DNA from: Thermoanaerobaculia bacterium
GTDB taxonomy: Bacteria > Acidobacteriota > Thermoanaerobaculia > Multivoradales > JAHEKO01
Assembly (NCBI GenBank): GCA_947259925.1
Contig: CAMYOG010000036.1
Coordinates: 36,208-100,207, forward strand
Reading direction: 5' to 3'
DNA length: 64,000 nucleotides
Positions 40,237 through 50,110 of the stretch are shown piece by piece. The notes under the pieces are model-generated. The model was not told where the DNA came from and did not search any database. It saw nothing but the letters and a program-made list of their open reading frames with translations. Position numbers and translations under genes: made by a program. The first letter of the stretch is position 1. Each line of letters starts with the position of its first letter.

Positions 40237-41580
40237 ATGAGAATGCGTGCCATGCTGCCGTTCCGGATCGGTCTACCCGTCGTGATAGCGCTCTGCGCGT
40301 GGGCCGCGATCGGGCAGGAGACGCGCTCCTCCGAGGTGGTGCACGTCGAGCTCGACTCGATCATCCATCCGGTGGCGAGCCAGTTCATCCTCGAGGCGAT
40401 CGAGGAGGCGGAGCGGATCGACGCCGTGGCGCTGGTGATCGAGCTGTCGACACCCGGTGGGCTGCTGACGTCGACGCGCGAGATCTTCACCGCGATGCTC
40501 GGCTCGGAGGTGCCGGTGGTGGTCTTTGTCGGGCCGAGCGGTGCCCAGGCGGCATCGGCGGGCTTTTTCATTCTGATGGCCGCGGATCTGGCGGCGATGG
40601 CTCCGGGGACCAATACGGGTGCCGCCCATCCGGTGATGGGTGACGGCGAAGAGATCGACGGTGTGATGGGCGAGAAGGTGGAGCAGGACGCGCTGGCCAC
40701 CATCCGCTCGCTGGCGACGCGCAACCGCCGGAACGTCGAGCTGGCCGAGGCGGCGGTCAAGGAGAGCCGCTCGTTCACCGCCGAGGAGGCGCTCGAAGGG
40801 GGCCTGATCGATCTGATCGCCGACGACGTGCACGAGCTGCTGGACGAGATCGACGGTCGCGAGGTCGTCGGTGATGACGACGAGCTGCGCACGCTCCAGA
40901 CCGCCGACGCGATGATCCGGCCGCTGGAGATGTCGGCGTTCCAGCGCTTCCTGGCGACCATCGCCCATCCGAACATCGCGTACATCCTGATGACCATCGG
41001 CGGCCTCGGGCTCTATTTCGAGCTGTCGAATCCCGGGGCGATCCTGCCCGGCGTGGTCGGCGGCATCTGTCTGATTCTGGCGTTCTTCGCGCTCTCGGTG
41101 TTGCCGGTCAACTACGCCGGGATCGCTCTCATCCTGCTGGCTCTGATCTTCTTCATCGCCGAGGTGAAGGTCGTCAGCTTCGGCCTGCTCACCGTCGCCG
41201 GCATCATCTCCCTGGTGATCGGCTCGCTGATGCTGTTCAAGAGTCCCGATCCGGCGATCCGCGTCAGCCTCGACGTCATCTTGAGCATCTCGATCTTCGC
41301 GACCGTGGTGGTCGCCTTCCTGACCTTCATGGTTGTGCGCGCTCACAAGCGACAGGTCAAGACCGGCCAGGAAGGGCTGATCAACGAGGAGGGAGTGGCC
41401 AGGTCCGCGCTCGACCCGCGCGGCAAGGTGTTCGTGCACGGTGAGATCTGGGATGCGGTCAGCGCCGACACGGTAGAGTCCGGGGACCCGATCGCCGTCG
41501 AGGCGGTGGAGGGGATGCTGCTGCGGGTACGGAGCCTCGGTCGGCGGGCTCCCGCGGAGTCCGACGACCTGGAGAGTTGA
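40237..41580 (+). CDS. NfeD-family membrane-bound ClpP-class serine protease
   Basis: Signal peptide, a ClpP-like domain ([47 protein letters not shown]), TM helices and a C-terminal OB-fold NfeD domain ([13 protein letters not shown]). Confidence 0.85.
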   Translation: MRMRAMLPFRIGLPVVIALCAWAAIGQETRSSEVVHVELDSIIHPVASQFILEAIEEAERIDAVALVIELSTPGGLLTSTREIFTAMLGSEVPVVVFVGPSGAQAASAGFFILMAADLAAMAPGTNTGAAHPVMGDGEEIDGVMGEKVEQDALATIRSLATRNRRNVELAEAAVKESRSFTAEEALEGGLIDLIADDVHELLDEIDGREVVGDDDELRTLQTADAMIRPLEMSAFQRFLATIAHPNIAYILMTIGGLGLYFELSNPGAILPGVVGGICLILAFFALSVLPVNYAGIALILLALIFFIAEVKVVSFGLLTVAGIISLVIGSLMLFKSPDPAIRVSLDVILSISIFATVVVAFLTFMVVRAHKRQVKTGQEGLINEEGVARSALDPRGKVFVHGEIWDAVSADTVESGDPIAVEAVEGMLLRVRSLGRRAPAESDDLES

Positions 41581-41605
41581 ACGCGTTTCGAAACGAGGTG
41601 ACGTA

Positions 41606-42361
41606 ATGGGTTTCTACGGTCTGGCGTTCGTGGCATTCCTCCTGATCATCGTGCTCACGCGGTGGATCAACATCCTCAACGAGTACGAGCGCGCGGTCAC
41701 CTTCTGGCTCGGCCGCCTCGGCAAGGTGGCCAAAGGGCCCGGCCTGGTCTTCATCTTCTGGCCGTTCGAGCGGATGGTGAAGATGTCGCTCCGCACGGTC
41801 GTCCACGACGTGCCGTCGCAGGACGTGATCACCCGCGACAACGTCTCGGTCAAGGTCAACGCGGTCGTCTACTTCCGGGTGGTCGATCCGATGAAGGCGG
41901 TCGTGGAGGTCGAGAACTACCTCTTCGCGACCAGCCAGATCGCCCAGACGACGCTCCGGTCGGTGCTCGGTCAGGCCGACCTCGACGAGCTCCTCGCCGA
42001 GCGCGAAAAGCTCAATACCGAGCTGCAGACGATCATCGACATGCACACCGACCCGTGGGGCATCAAGGTATCTTCGGTCGAGGTCAAGCACGTCGACCTG
42101 CCGCAGGAGATGCAGCGGGCGATGGCCCGGCAGGCGGAGGCCGAGCGCGAGAAGCGGGCCAAGATCATCCACGCCGACGGTGAGCTGCAGGCCTCGAAAC
42201 AGCTGGGCGAGGCGGCCGAGGTCATCTCCGAGAACCGCGTGACGCTGCAGCTGCGCTATTTGCAGACCCTGACCGAGATCGCTTCGGAGAAGAACTCGAC
42301 GGTCATCTTCCCGCTGCCGATCGACCTGCTGAAGGCGTTCGGTCCGAGAGACAGCGCTTAG
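41606..42361 (+). CDS. SPFH/Band-7 (stomatin-like) protein
   Basis: Has an N-terminal TM anchor. [51 protein letters not shown] is a typical stomatin core. It is the canonical partner of the upstream NfeD. Confidence 0.9.
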   Translation: MGFYGLAFVAFLLIIVLTRWINILNEYERAVTFWLGRLGKVAKGPGLVFIFWPFERMVKMSLRTVVHDVPSQDVITRDNVSVKVNAVVYFRVVDPMKAVVEVENYLFATSQIAQTTLRSVLGQADLDELLAEREKLNTELQTIIDMHTDPWGIKVSSVEVKHVDLPQEMQRAMARQAEAEREKRAKIIHADGELQASKQLGEAAEVISENRVTLQLRYLQTLTEIASEKNSTVIFPLPIDLLKAFGPRDSA

Positions 42362-43074
42362 TGACCGGATCGGCTCGCCAGAGCTACTACGAGATCGCCC
42401 TGACCAACCGGCAGGTGCTGACGGTCTTCATCGTCCTGCTGGTAGCGGTGCTCGCGGCATTCCTGTCTGGGATCTGGGTAGGGAAGCGCGGCTCGGCGCA
42501 GGTGGAGACCGCCGAGGCGCAGAGCATCGAGGCGGTCGAGGAGCCAGGAAGCGAGCCGATCGCGCGCCTCGACTTCTTCTCGCGCGATGGCGAGCCGGAA
42601 GCCGAGACGGCCGAGCGGCCGGCCGGGCCTCCGGTGGAGTCCGAGGGCGAGACCCCTGTCACTACCGCGGCGGTCGAGCGGCCGGCCGGGCCTCCGGTGG
42701 AGTCCGAGGGCGAGACCCCTGTCACCACCGCGGCGGTCGAGCCGCCCGCCGAGGCCGCGCCGGCAGACGAGCCCACCGAGCCGAGCCCACCGGCCGAGAC
42801 CCGCGTCGCCGAGGCGCCCGAGCCCGAAGCTCCGGCGGCGCCGGTCGGCACGCTGGTCGTCCAGGTCTTCTCGTCGAGCAACCAGGTGCAGGCACAGAGC
42901 GTCGTCGACAAGCTGAGATCGGGTGGGTATCCCGCCCTGCTGTCGCCGGTCGAGGTGTCGGGGCGGACGATGTACCGGGTGCGCATCGGCCCCTACGCGG
43001 ACCGCCAGGTGGCCGAGGGGATCGCCGAGCAGGTACGCCGGGAATTCCGCCTCGAGACCTGGATCACCGAGTAG
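42361..43074 (+). CDS. SPOR-domain (peptidoglycan-binding) protein
   Basis: TM anchor, a Pro/Glu/Ala-rich linker containing a 21-aa tandem duplication, and a C-terminal SPOR domain (LVVQVFSSSNQVQAQSVVDKLRSGGYPA..YRVRIGPYADRQVAEGI). Confidence 0.85.
   Translation: MTGSARQSYYEIALTNRQVLTVFIVLLVAVLAAFLSGIWVGKRGSAQVETAEAQSIEAVEEPGSEPIARLDFFSRDGEPEAETAERPAGPPVESEGETPVTTAAVERPAGPPVESEGETPVTTAAVEPPAEAAPADEPTEPSPPAETRVAEAPEPEAPAAPVGTLVVQVFSSSNQVQAQSVVDKLRSGGYPALLSPVEVSGRTMYRVRIGPYADRQVAEGIAEQVRREFRLETWITE
42613..42738 (+). repeat. 63-bp in-frame tandem duplication (2 copies, 1 nt difference)
   Basis: Copies at 42613-42675 and 42676-42738, each encoding ERPAGPPVESEGETPVTTAAV. By my alignment they differ only by a T/C at unit position 51. 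Confidence 0.9.
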
Positions 43075-43076
43075 CC

Positions 43077-44588
43077 TTGGCGCGCCTCCTCCGGCCTCTG
43101 ATCGCGGTCCTGGGCGGGGTGGCCTGGGCGTTCTGTTTCGGCCGTGAGGCGCTGGTCCTAGCACCCTGGCTGGCACTGGTGCCGCTGCTCTTGATGCTCG
43201 GTGACCGTCGGGCCGGCTGGCTCGGCCTCCTGCACGGGATCGCCTACTGGCTGACCGCGGTCCCCTGGATCCGGCTGACGCTCGAGGTCTACGGCGGTCT
43301 CTCGTCGGCGCTTGCAGTCGTGCTGCTGGTCTTGCTCGCGGTCTACCTGGGCTCCTACACCTGGGCGTTCGCTTGGCTCGGCAGGCGGCTCTGGCAGCGC
43401 GGCGGCGCCTGGGCGCTGGTCGGCCTGCCGGCGCTCTGGGTGTCGCTCGAATGGCTCCGGACCTATCTGTGGACCGGCTTCCCGTGGAATCTCGCCGGCA
43501 CCGCGTGGGCCGAGGTCCCCGGAGCCCTCCAGATCTCGGCCTGGATCGGCATCTACGGCGTCTCATTCCTGGTGTTGTTCGTGAACACCGCGCTGGCGCG
43601 AGCGATCCTCACGCGACGGCCCGCGGTCTGGCTGGCAGTGGCCGGCGGCTGTCTGGTCCTGCTCGCCTTCGGCGCCCGCTGGGCGGGCGGTCCACCGCTC
43701 GAGAAGATGCCGGGGCCGACCCGCGCGGTCCGCATCGTCCAACCGAACATCCCCAACCTGACCAACATCATGCAGTCGAAGCTGGACCGCTTCTACGCCC
43801 GCCTGATGAGGCTCTCCGACCAGGCATGCGACGTCGATGGAGCGCTCCTGATCTGGCCCGAGTCGGCGGCCTGGCCGCGTACCGTCGACGACCCGCGCTT
43901 GCGCGCGGACCTCGCGCGCTTGGCCAGGCGCGGCTGTACGGTGCTGCTGAACTCGACCGTGCGCGAGGGCGAGCGAGTCTTCAACTCGGCGCTTCTGGTC
44001 GGCGCCGACGGCGTCGATGGCCGCTACGACAAGAGGCATCTGGTGCCCTACGGCGAGCACGTGCCGCTGGCCGACTGGCTGCCGTTCGTCGGCACCATCG
44101 CCCGCATGGCGGGCCAGTTCACGGCCGGCACCGACGTCAACCTGCTTCATTGGCAGGACCAGAGGCTGGGCATGGCGATCTGCTTCGAGGTCATCTTTCC
44201 GAGCGAGGTGGCGTCGTCGGTGCGCGCCGGCGCGACCGTTCTCACCACCGTGACCAACGACGCCTGGTACGGCGACACCTGGGCGCCATGGCAGCACTTC
44301 CGGGCGGCGCGGTTCCGCGCCGCCGAGACCCACCGGCCGCTGCTGCGGGCCGCGATCACCGGCGTCTCGGGCATCATCGGGCCGGACGGTCGCGTGGTCG
44401 AGCGGATCGGCGTCTTCGAAGAGGGCATCCTGCGCGCGCGGGTCGCCGGCGGCTCTGGCACGACGCCGGCGGTCAGGGCGCCGTGGCTGGTACCGTTGGT
44501 CTGCTCGCTGATCGCGGCCTTTGCTATATTCCTCAGCGCTCGTGAGAGGTCCGTGCGGCTCTCTCGCGACTCAGGTGAGCGCTCATGA
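43077..44588 (+). CDS. lnt: apolipoprotein N-acyltransferase
   Basis: N-terminal polytopic membrane domain plus a CN-hydrolase domain (VRIVQPNI.., LIWPESA, ICFEVIFP, NDAWYG). Uses a TTG start. Confidence 0.9.
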   Translation: MARLLRPLIAVLGGVAWAFCFGREALVLAPWLALVPLLLMLGDRRAGWLGLLHGIAYWLTAVPWIRLTLEVYGGLSSALAVVLLVLLAVYLGSYTWAFAWLGRRLWQRGGAWALVGLPALWVSLEWLRTYLWTGFPWNLAGTAWAEVPGALQISAWIGIYGVSFLVLFVNTALARAILTRRPAVWLAVAGGCLVLLAFGARWAGGPPLEKMPGPTRAVRIVQPNIPNLTNIMQSKLDRFYARLMRLSDQACDVDGALLIWPESAAWPRTVDDPRLRADLARLARRGCTVLLNSTVREGERVFNSALLVGADGVDGRYDKRHLVPYGEHVPLADWLPFVGTIARMAGQFTAGTDVNLLHWQDQRLGMAICFEVIFPSEVASSVRAGATVLTTVTNDAWYGDTWAPWQHFRAARFRAAETHRPLLRAAITGVSGIIGPDGRVVERIGVFEEGILRARVAGGSGTTPAVRAPWLVPLVCSLIAAFAIFLSARERSVRLSRDSGERS

Positions 44589-45695
44589 TCACGGCCGAGA
44601 CCCAGCAACAGCTCGACGATCTGTCCCAGCGCCTCGACCACCTCAGGAGGTATCTTTGACGAGGCCCGCCTCGAGGAAGAGCTCGCGAAGATCGATCGCG
44701 AGATGGAACAGCCCGGCTTCTGGGATGATCGCGTCAAAAGCGCGCCGCTGGTAAAGCAACGGCGCGGGGTGGAGCGGCGCCTCGATACCCTGCGACGGCT
44801 GCGCGAGGACGCCGAAGAGCTGGGCGCCTGGACCGAGCTGCTCGCCGAAGGCGAGGACGAGAGCGAAGCGGCCGACTTCATGAGTCGGGTCCGGTCGGAC
44901 CTGCACGAGCTCGAGATGCAGCTCAAGCTGTCGGGACCCGAAGACGACAAGAACGCCCTGGTCGCGATCCACCCGGGCGCCGGCGGCACCGAGTCTCAGG
45001 ACTGGGCCGAGATGCTGCTACGGATGTACATCCGCTGGGCGGAGCGGCGGGGATTCGACTCGGAGATCCTCGAGCGGCTCGACGGTGAGGAGGCGGGGAT
45101 CAAGAGCGCGACGTTCGCGGTCCGGGGCGAGTACGCCTACGGCTACCTGCACGGCGAGAACGGCGTCCACCGGCTGGTGCGAATCAGCCCGTTCGATCAG
45201 CAGAGCCGGCGCCACACCTCGTTCGCCTCGGTCTACGTCTATCCGGAGGTCGACGACGAGGTCGACGTCGAGATCGAGGACAAGGACCTACGCGTCGATA
45301 CCTTCCGCGCCTCCGGTGCCGGTGGCCAGCACGTCAACAAGACCGAGTCCGCCGTGCGCATCACTCACCTGCCGACCAACATCGTCGTCTCCTGCCAGAA
45401 CCAGCGCAGCCAGATCAAGAACCGCGCGACCGCGATGAAGATCCTGCGCGCCCGCCTCTACGACCTCGAGCTGCAGAAGCGGGCCGAGGAGAACGCCAAG
45501 CGCGAGGGCGAGAAGAAGGAGATCGCCTGGGGGAGCCAGATCCGCAGCTACGTGCTGCAGCCATACCAGATGGTCAAGGACCATCGGACCAAGATCGAGG
45601 TCGGAGACGCCCAGCGGGTGCTCGACGGCGGCATCGACGACTTCATCGACGGCTGGCTGAGCCGCTCGATGGAATCGGTCGCCGAGACCGGCTAG
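44585..45695 (+). CDS. prfB: peptide chain release factor 2, requiring programmed +1 frameshift at 44654-44660
   Basis: Frame-0 exon ATG 44585..CTT (MITAETQQQLDDLSQRLDHLRRYL), then an in-frame TGA. The +1 frame continues DEARLEEELAKIDREMEQPGFWDD into ORF 44703..45695. That ORF carries the SPF and GGQ motifs (RISPFD, SGAGGQHVNKTESAVRITH). Confidence 0.93.
44645..44660 (+). promoter_or_regulatory. RF2 autoregulatory +1 frameshift site (AGGAGG TAT CTT TGA C)
   Basis: An internal Shine-Dalgarno-like AGGAGG lies 3 nt upstream of the slippery CTT followed by TGA C. This is the same layout as the E. coli prfB site. Confidence 0.9.
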
Positions 45696-45705
45696 AGAGA
45701 TCGTC

Positions 45706-47295
45706 GTGAGCCTCGCCATCGACTACGTCTCGCCCCTGCCGCCGGTCCGCTCGGGGATCGCGGACTACAGCCGCGATCTCCTGATCGAGCTCGCCAGGCT
45801 AGCCGACGTGCGGGTGATTCGCGTTCCCGGTCAGCCGGTCAGCGACGAGATCGTCGAGCGGTGGCAGCCGGTCTCGGCCGAGTTGTGTGGCGAGGACGGT
45901 CGGCTGCCGGTCTACCAGATGGGCAACAACAAATACCACGCGGGCGTGCTCGATCTGGCGATGGGAAGGCCGGGGGTGGTGACGCTGCACGATCTCGTCC
46001 TCCACCATCTGCTGGTCGAGCGGACGCTCGCACACGGTGATCTGGAGGGCTACCAGCAGCAGCTGATCCGAGACCACGGCTGGATCGGCGAGATGACCGG
46101 CCTGGCGCGGCGCTGGGGCGAGATCGGCAGCGCCACCCTCTTCGAGCTTCCGGCCCATCGCGAGCTGATCCGGCGCCATCGCGGCCTCCTGGTTCACAGC
46201 CGGTGGGCCGCCGACCTCGTGCACGAGGACGATCCGGACATCGCGGTCCGGACCGTGCCGATGGCGATGCCGCTCGGCGAGCCGGCGAACGTCGAAGCCG
46301 GCAAGGCGTTCCGGCAGCGATACGATCTGCCGCTCGATCGGCCCCTGCTGGGCTCGTTCGGCTTCCAGACGCCGATCAAGCGGACCGAGGTGGTGATCGA
46401 CGCTCTCGCTCGGCCCGAGCTCGCCGAGGCCCACCTGGTGATCGCCGGCGAGGCCGCCGGCGCGCTCGATCTGGAGGCGCGGATCGAGCGAGCCGGGGTA
46501 GGCGATCGCGTCCACGTGACCGGGTTCCTCGACTACGACGAGTTTCTGACCGCGATCGGAGCGTGCGACGTCTGCGTCAACCTGCGCTATCCGACCGCGG
46601 GTGAGACCTCGGCCTCGCTCTTGCGGGTCCTCGCCGTCGGCCGCGCGGTGGCCGTGTCCGACTACGCGCAATTCGCCGAGCTGCCCGACGACTTCGCGCT
46701 CAAGGTGCCGCTCGGCGAGCACGAGGTGAAGAGCCTGGCGCGACAGCTGAGAGAGCTGCTGGCGCAGCCCGATCGGATCGAAGGGATGGCGGCGGCGGCT
46801 CGGGAATACGTCCGTGTCCGGCACGATCCGCCGCTGGCGGCCCAGGCGGTGGTCGACGCTTGCACAGACCTGGCGCGGCTCGAGCCGCCGGCCGAGCGCC
46901 CCGTCCGCGTCCCCGCACCGACGACGCTCACCTGGCTCGAGCTGAAGGGGAGCCTGGAGGTGGATGGCGGTGACGCCCCCTGGGAGGCGGGAGAGTCGCG
47001 CCGCTTGCGGATCTCGATGACCAACGAAGGCACTTGCCGCTGGCTGCCGACGACCGAGGAAGCGGGGGGCGTGCTGATCGAGCTGCAGTGGCGCGCACAT
47101 CTGGAGGGCTCGGCGGTCGAGCGCGCCTGGGCCGATCTGCCGCGCGAGGTCGCGCCCGGCGAGTCCTACGAGCTCGAGCTCGAGACCCGTCGGCCGCTCG
47201 AGGCCGAAGCGCTGGTGATCGAGCCGCACGTAATCGGGGTGGCGGGATTCAGCTCGCTCGGCGGCCCGAGGTGGGTACAAGATCTTGGTCTCTAG
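45706..47295 (+). CDS. glycosyltransferase (GT4/GT1-like) with extra C-terminal beta-rich domain
   Basis: The C-terminal Rossmann half carries ..LVIAGE..RVHVTGFLDYDEF..CVNLRYPTAGETSASLLRVLAVGRAVAVSD. About 130 additional residues follow. Confidence 0.75.
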   Translation: MSLAIDYVSPLPPVRSGIADYSRDLLIELARLADVRVIRVPGQPVSDEIVERWQPVSAELCGEDGRLPVYQMGNNKYHAGVLDLAMGRPGVVTLHDLVLHHLLVERTLAHGDLEGYQQQLIRDHGWIGEMTGLARRWGEIGSATLFELPAHRELIRRHRGLLVHSRWAADLVHEDDPDIAVRTVPMAMPLGEPANVEAGKAFRQRYDLPLDRPLLGSFGFQTPIKRTEVVIDALARPELAEAHLVIAGEAAGALDLEARIERAGVGDRVHVTGFLDYDEFLTAIGACDVCVNLRYPTAGETSASLLRVLAVGRAVAVSDYAQFAELPDDFALKVPLGEHEVKSLARQLRELLAQPDRIEGMAAAAREYVRVRHDPPLAAQAVVDACTDLARLEPPAERPVRVPAPTTLTWLELKGSLEVDGGDAPWEAGESRRLRISMTNEGTCRWLPTTEEAGGVLIELQWRAHLEGSAVERAWADLPREVAPGESYELELETRRPLEAEALVIEPHVIGVAGFSSLGGPRWVQDLGL

Positions 47296-48640
47296 CATCC
47301 TGGCCTGGATCGCGGCACTGGTCGGCTTCGGCGTCGGCTTTCGCCATCATCAGAAGCGGAGCGGCAGCGGTCCGGCGGCGGGCCTGGTCGTCCTACTGGT
47401 GGTCGCTTCCGGCTGCCTGTTCGAGCTGATCGAGCCGGGCGAGGCGCTCGGCACCTGGGCCGCGGTCGTCTGCGTGATGGCCGCGCTGTTCGTCACCTAC
47501 GATCGCGAGCCGTTTCCGGGCGGCGCGGCGGCCGAGATCTACCCGGATACGAAGAGCTACGCGTTTCCGTTTCTGGCACTCCTGCTGCTCCTGATCGCCA
47601 TGCGTTGGACGCCGATCGCGTTCGTGTTCGTCGCACCGATCGTGGCGGCCGTGCCCCGGGCGGAGCGGAAGGCGCCGCTGGCATTCGCGGTGCTGGGACT
47701 CGCGGTCGTCGCCGTCCTGGCGGTGGTGCTACCGGCTGGCGAGGAGGGCTGGCCGACGCTCTCCTCCGTGCTCCAGCGATTCGAGCCGACGCTGCTCGGC
47801 TGGAATCTGGCGTATTTGTTCGCCGGCCGGAACGTCGGGATCGCGGTCTGGTTTCTACCGGTCCTGTTGCTGGTCGGTTGCTATCGAGCGGGCACGAATC
47901 GCGGCTGGCTGCTGGCAGCGGTCGCGGTTGGAGCCCTGGCACTGCCGCTGCTCGAGCCGCACAACTTCTGGGGCGGTCCTGAAGCGGTCGGCAACCGGTC
48001 GTTTCTACCGCTCTACGGAGCGCTCTGGTTCCTGCCGGTGCGGGTGCCGCCGAGCCGCTGGCTGGTGCTGGCCGCCGCCGTCTCCGGGCTGGCTCTCTGG
48101 CCCGCCTGGCTGGCGCCGCTACCGACCGCGGCCGGCGTCGATCGCCCGTCGATGCATCAGCGTTCGCTGGCCAGCTACCTGCCGTACGAGACCACTCAGC
48201 GGTACGCGCCAGCGTATGCCGAGTGGGAGGGGACCGGTGTCCTGTCGAGATCGCTCGCTCCGGCCCTCAGGGACGGCGAGGACGGCCCGATCTTCGACGC
48301 CGCGAGCGGCGCCGCCGAGCTGATGATCGCCGCCGCACGGCCGCTCGAGGCGGTGCTGATCGACTTCGGAGCCCGTGCTGGCTCCGAGCTCGAGGTCACC
48401 GGTGGCACCGCCGGCAACACGGTCTTCCGGCCGGACGGGGGGGTCCGTTTCGAGATCGGGCTCGACGGTGCGAACCGTGTCCACCCGACCTGGCTCGGCG
48501 AGCGACGGCACCACGTCTACCTCTTCCGGATCGAGATGCCCGACGCGCCCGGGCGCCCCCTGCCGGTGGCGATCATGGCGCGCCCGGCGGACGCCCTACC
48601 GAGATCGCTGGATCCGGCCAGCCTGAGCGGAGACGGATGA
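47285..48640 (+). CDS. hypothetical polytopic membrane protein with C-terminal soluble domain
   Basis: At least 8 hydrophobic spans and high GC3. It overlaps both neighbouring genes (11 nt and 4 nt). I did not recognise the family; it may be GT-C-like. Confidence 0.6.
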   Translation: MVSSILAWIAALVGFGVGFRHHQKRSGSGPAAGLVVLLVVASGCLFELIEPGEALGTWAAVVCVMAALFVTYDREPFPGGAAAEIYPDTKSYAFPFLALLLLLIAMRWTPIAFVFVAPIVAAVPRAERKAPLAFAVLGLAVVAVLAVVLPAGEEGWPTLSSVLQRFEPTLLGWNLAYLFAGRNVGIAVWFLPVLLLVGCYRAGTNRGWLLAAVAVGALALPLLEPHNFWGGPEAVGNRSFLPLYGALWFLPVRVPPSRWLVLAAAVSGLALWPAWLAPLPTAAGVDRPSMHQRSLASYLPYETTQRYAPAYAEWEGTGVLSRSLAPALRDGEDGPIFDAASGAAELMIAAARPLEAVLIDFGARAGSELEVTGGTAGNTVFRPDGGVRFEIGLDGANRVHPTWLGERRHHVYLFRIEMPDAPGRPLPVAIMARPADALPRSLDPASLSGDG

Positions 48641-49254
48641 CCGAGAACACCTCCGACTCCGGCCCCCATAGCTGGATCCTGGCGCTGCGCGAGCGTCTGG
48701 GCTCGCCGCCGCCGACCCGGCTGCCCCCGTCGGAGGAGCGCAAAGCGGCGGTGCTGGTGCCGATCTACGTGGATGGGAACGAGCTCTGGGTGATCCTGAC
48801 CCGGCGATCCGACCATCTCGAGAAGCACCGTGGTCAGTTCGCGTTTCCGGGCGGCGCTCTCGAGCTGGGAGAGGACTACTGGGAGGCGGCGGTGCGCGAG
48901 ACCGAGGAGGAGCTCGGCGTCGACCGCTCGAGACCGCTGCAGCTGGGGGAGCTCGACGAGGCTTCGACGCCGAGCGGCTTCCGCATCGTGCCGTGCGTGG
49001 CCGCGATGCCCTTTCCCCTCGAGACCAGGGTCAACGAAGGCGAGATCGCCGAGGTCTTCGCGGCACCTCTTCTGGCGTTCTCGAATCCACGCCTGGTCGA
49101 GGATCGCCAGGTCGAGATCGACGGCGTGGAGCGGATGCTGCGCATCTACCACATCGGCAACCGCCAGATCTGGGGACTGACCGCGCGCATCCTCCAGAAC
49201 CTCCTGCACCGTCTGGGGCTCGACATGCCGGGCGCCGACGAGGGGAGCGCGTGA
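48637..49254 (+). CDS. NUDIX hydrolase (CoA pyrophosphatase type)
   Basis: VILTRRSDHLEKHRGQFAFPGG followed by the Nudix box GGALELGEDYWEAAVRETEEELGV. ATGA overlap with the upstream gene. Confidence 0.85.
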   Translation: MTENTSDSGPHSWILALRERLGSPPPTRLPPSEERKAAVLVPIYVDGNELWVILTRRSDHLEKHRGQFAFPGGALELGEDYWEAAVRETEEELGVDRSRPLQLGELDEASTPSGFRIVPCVAAMPFPLETRVNEGEIAEVFAAPLLAFSNPRLVEDRQVEIDGVERMLRIYHIGNRQIWGLTARILQNLLHRLGLDMPGADEGSA

Positions 49255-50075
49255 TTGACGGCAGGCGCCGAGACTGGCTGCTCAAGCTGGCCCTGGTCCT
49301 GGTCGCGGCGACCCTCCTGGTGGTCGCCCGCAACGCATACGTGAGACAGGCTACCTATCCGATACCCGCGATCGAGGTCGGCGCGCCGCCGTCCGGCTAT
49401 CAAGAGGTCTATTGGCGGCTGGACAGCGGGGTCGAGGTGCACGGCTGGCACGGCGGCCAGGTCGACGCCTCCAGACCGCTGGTGATCTTCTTCCACGGCA
49501 ACGGCGAGAACCTCGAGACCCTCAAGTGGTCGGGGATCTTCCAGCGCTTCGCCGAGCTCGACGTCTACGGCGTCGTGGTCGAGTACCCGGGGTACGGCAA
49601 GAGTGGCGGCTCACCGACCGAGGCGGGGCTGATCGCCGGTGGGATCGCGGCGCTCGACTGGGTCGTCGAGCGCTGGCCGGAGCGGCCGAAGATCGTGGCC
49701 GGCTGGTCGCTGGGGGCGGCGGTGGCGACGCAGGTCGCTGCCGCCCGGACGGAGGTCCCGGCCGGCCTGGTGGTGATGAGCGCCTGGAGCCGGCTCTTCG
49801 ACCTGGCGACCGACTACTTTCCGGCGTTCCTCGTCCGGCTGATGCTGCGCGAGCGCTACGACTCGATCACCGCGGCCGCGGCGGTGCGCTGTCCGAGCCT
49901 GGTGATCCATGGCGCCCGAGACCGGATCATCCAGGTCCTCCACGGTGAGCGCCTGGCCGAGGCGCTCGGCCCCGAGGCCCGCTGGATCGTGATCGAGGGC
50001 GTTGGTCACAACGATCTGCTCGCGGTCGGGAGGGTCTGGCGGGAGTTCGACACGTTCTTGGGCTCGGTGCGGTGA
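49251..50075 (+). CDS. alpha/beta hydrolase
   Basis: GTGA overlap with the NUDIX gene. N-terminal TM anchor, then VIFFHGNGEN, GWSLGAAVA (GxSxG), HGARDRII and GHND. Confidence 0.8.
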   Translation: MIDGRRRDWLLKLALVLVAATLLVVARNAYVRQATYPIPAIEVGAPPSGYQEVYWRLDSGVEVHGWHGGQVDASRPLVIFFHGNGENLETLKWSGIFQRFAELDVYGVVVEYPGYGKSGGSPTEAGLIAGGIAALDWVVERWPERPKIVAGWSLGAAVATQVAAARTEVPAGLVVMSAWSRLFDLATDYFPAFLVRLMLRERYDSITAAAAVRCPSLVIHGARDRIIQVLHGERLAEALGPEARWIVIEGVGHNDLLAVGRVWREFDTFLGSVR

Positions 50076-50110
50076 TGGGGAGAAGCACGAGCTTGGATCT
50101 CCGGGGATCT

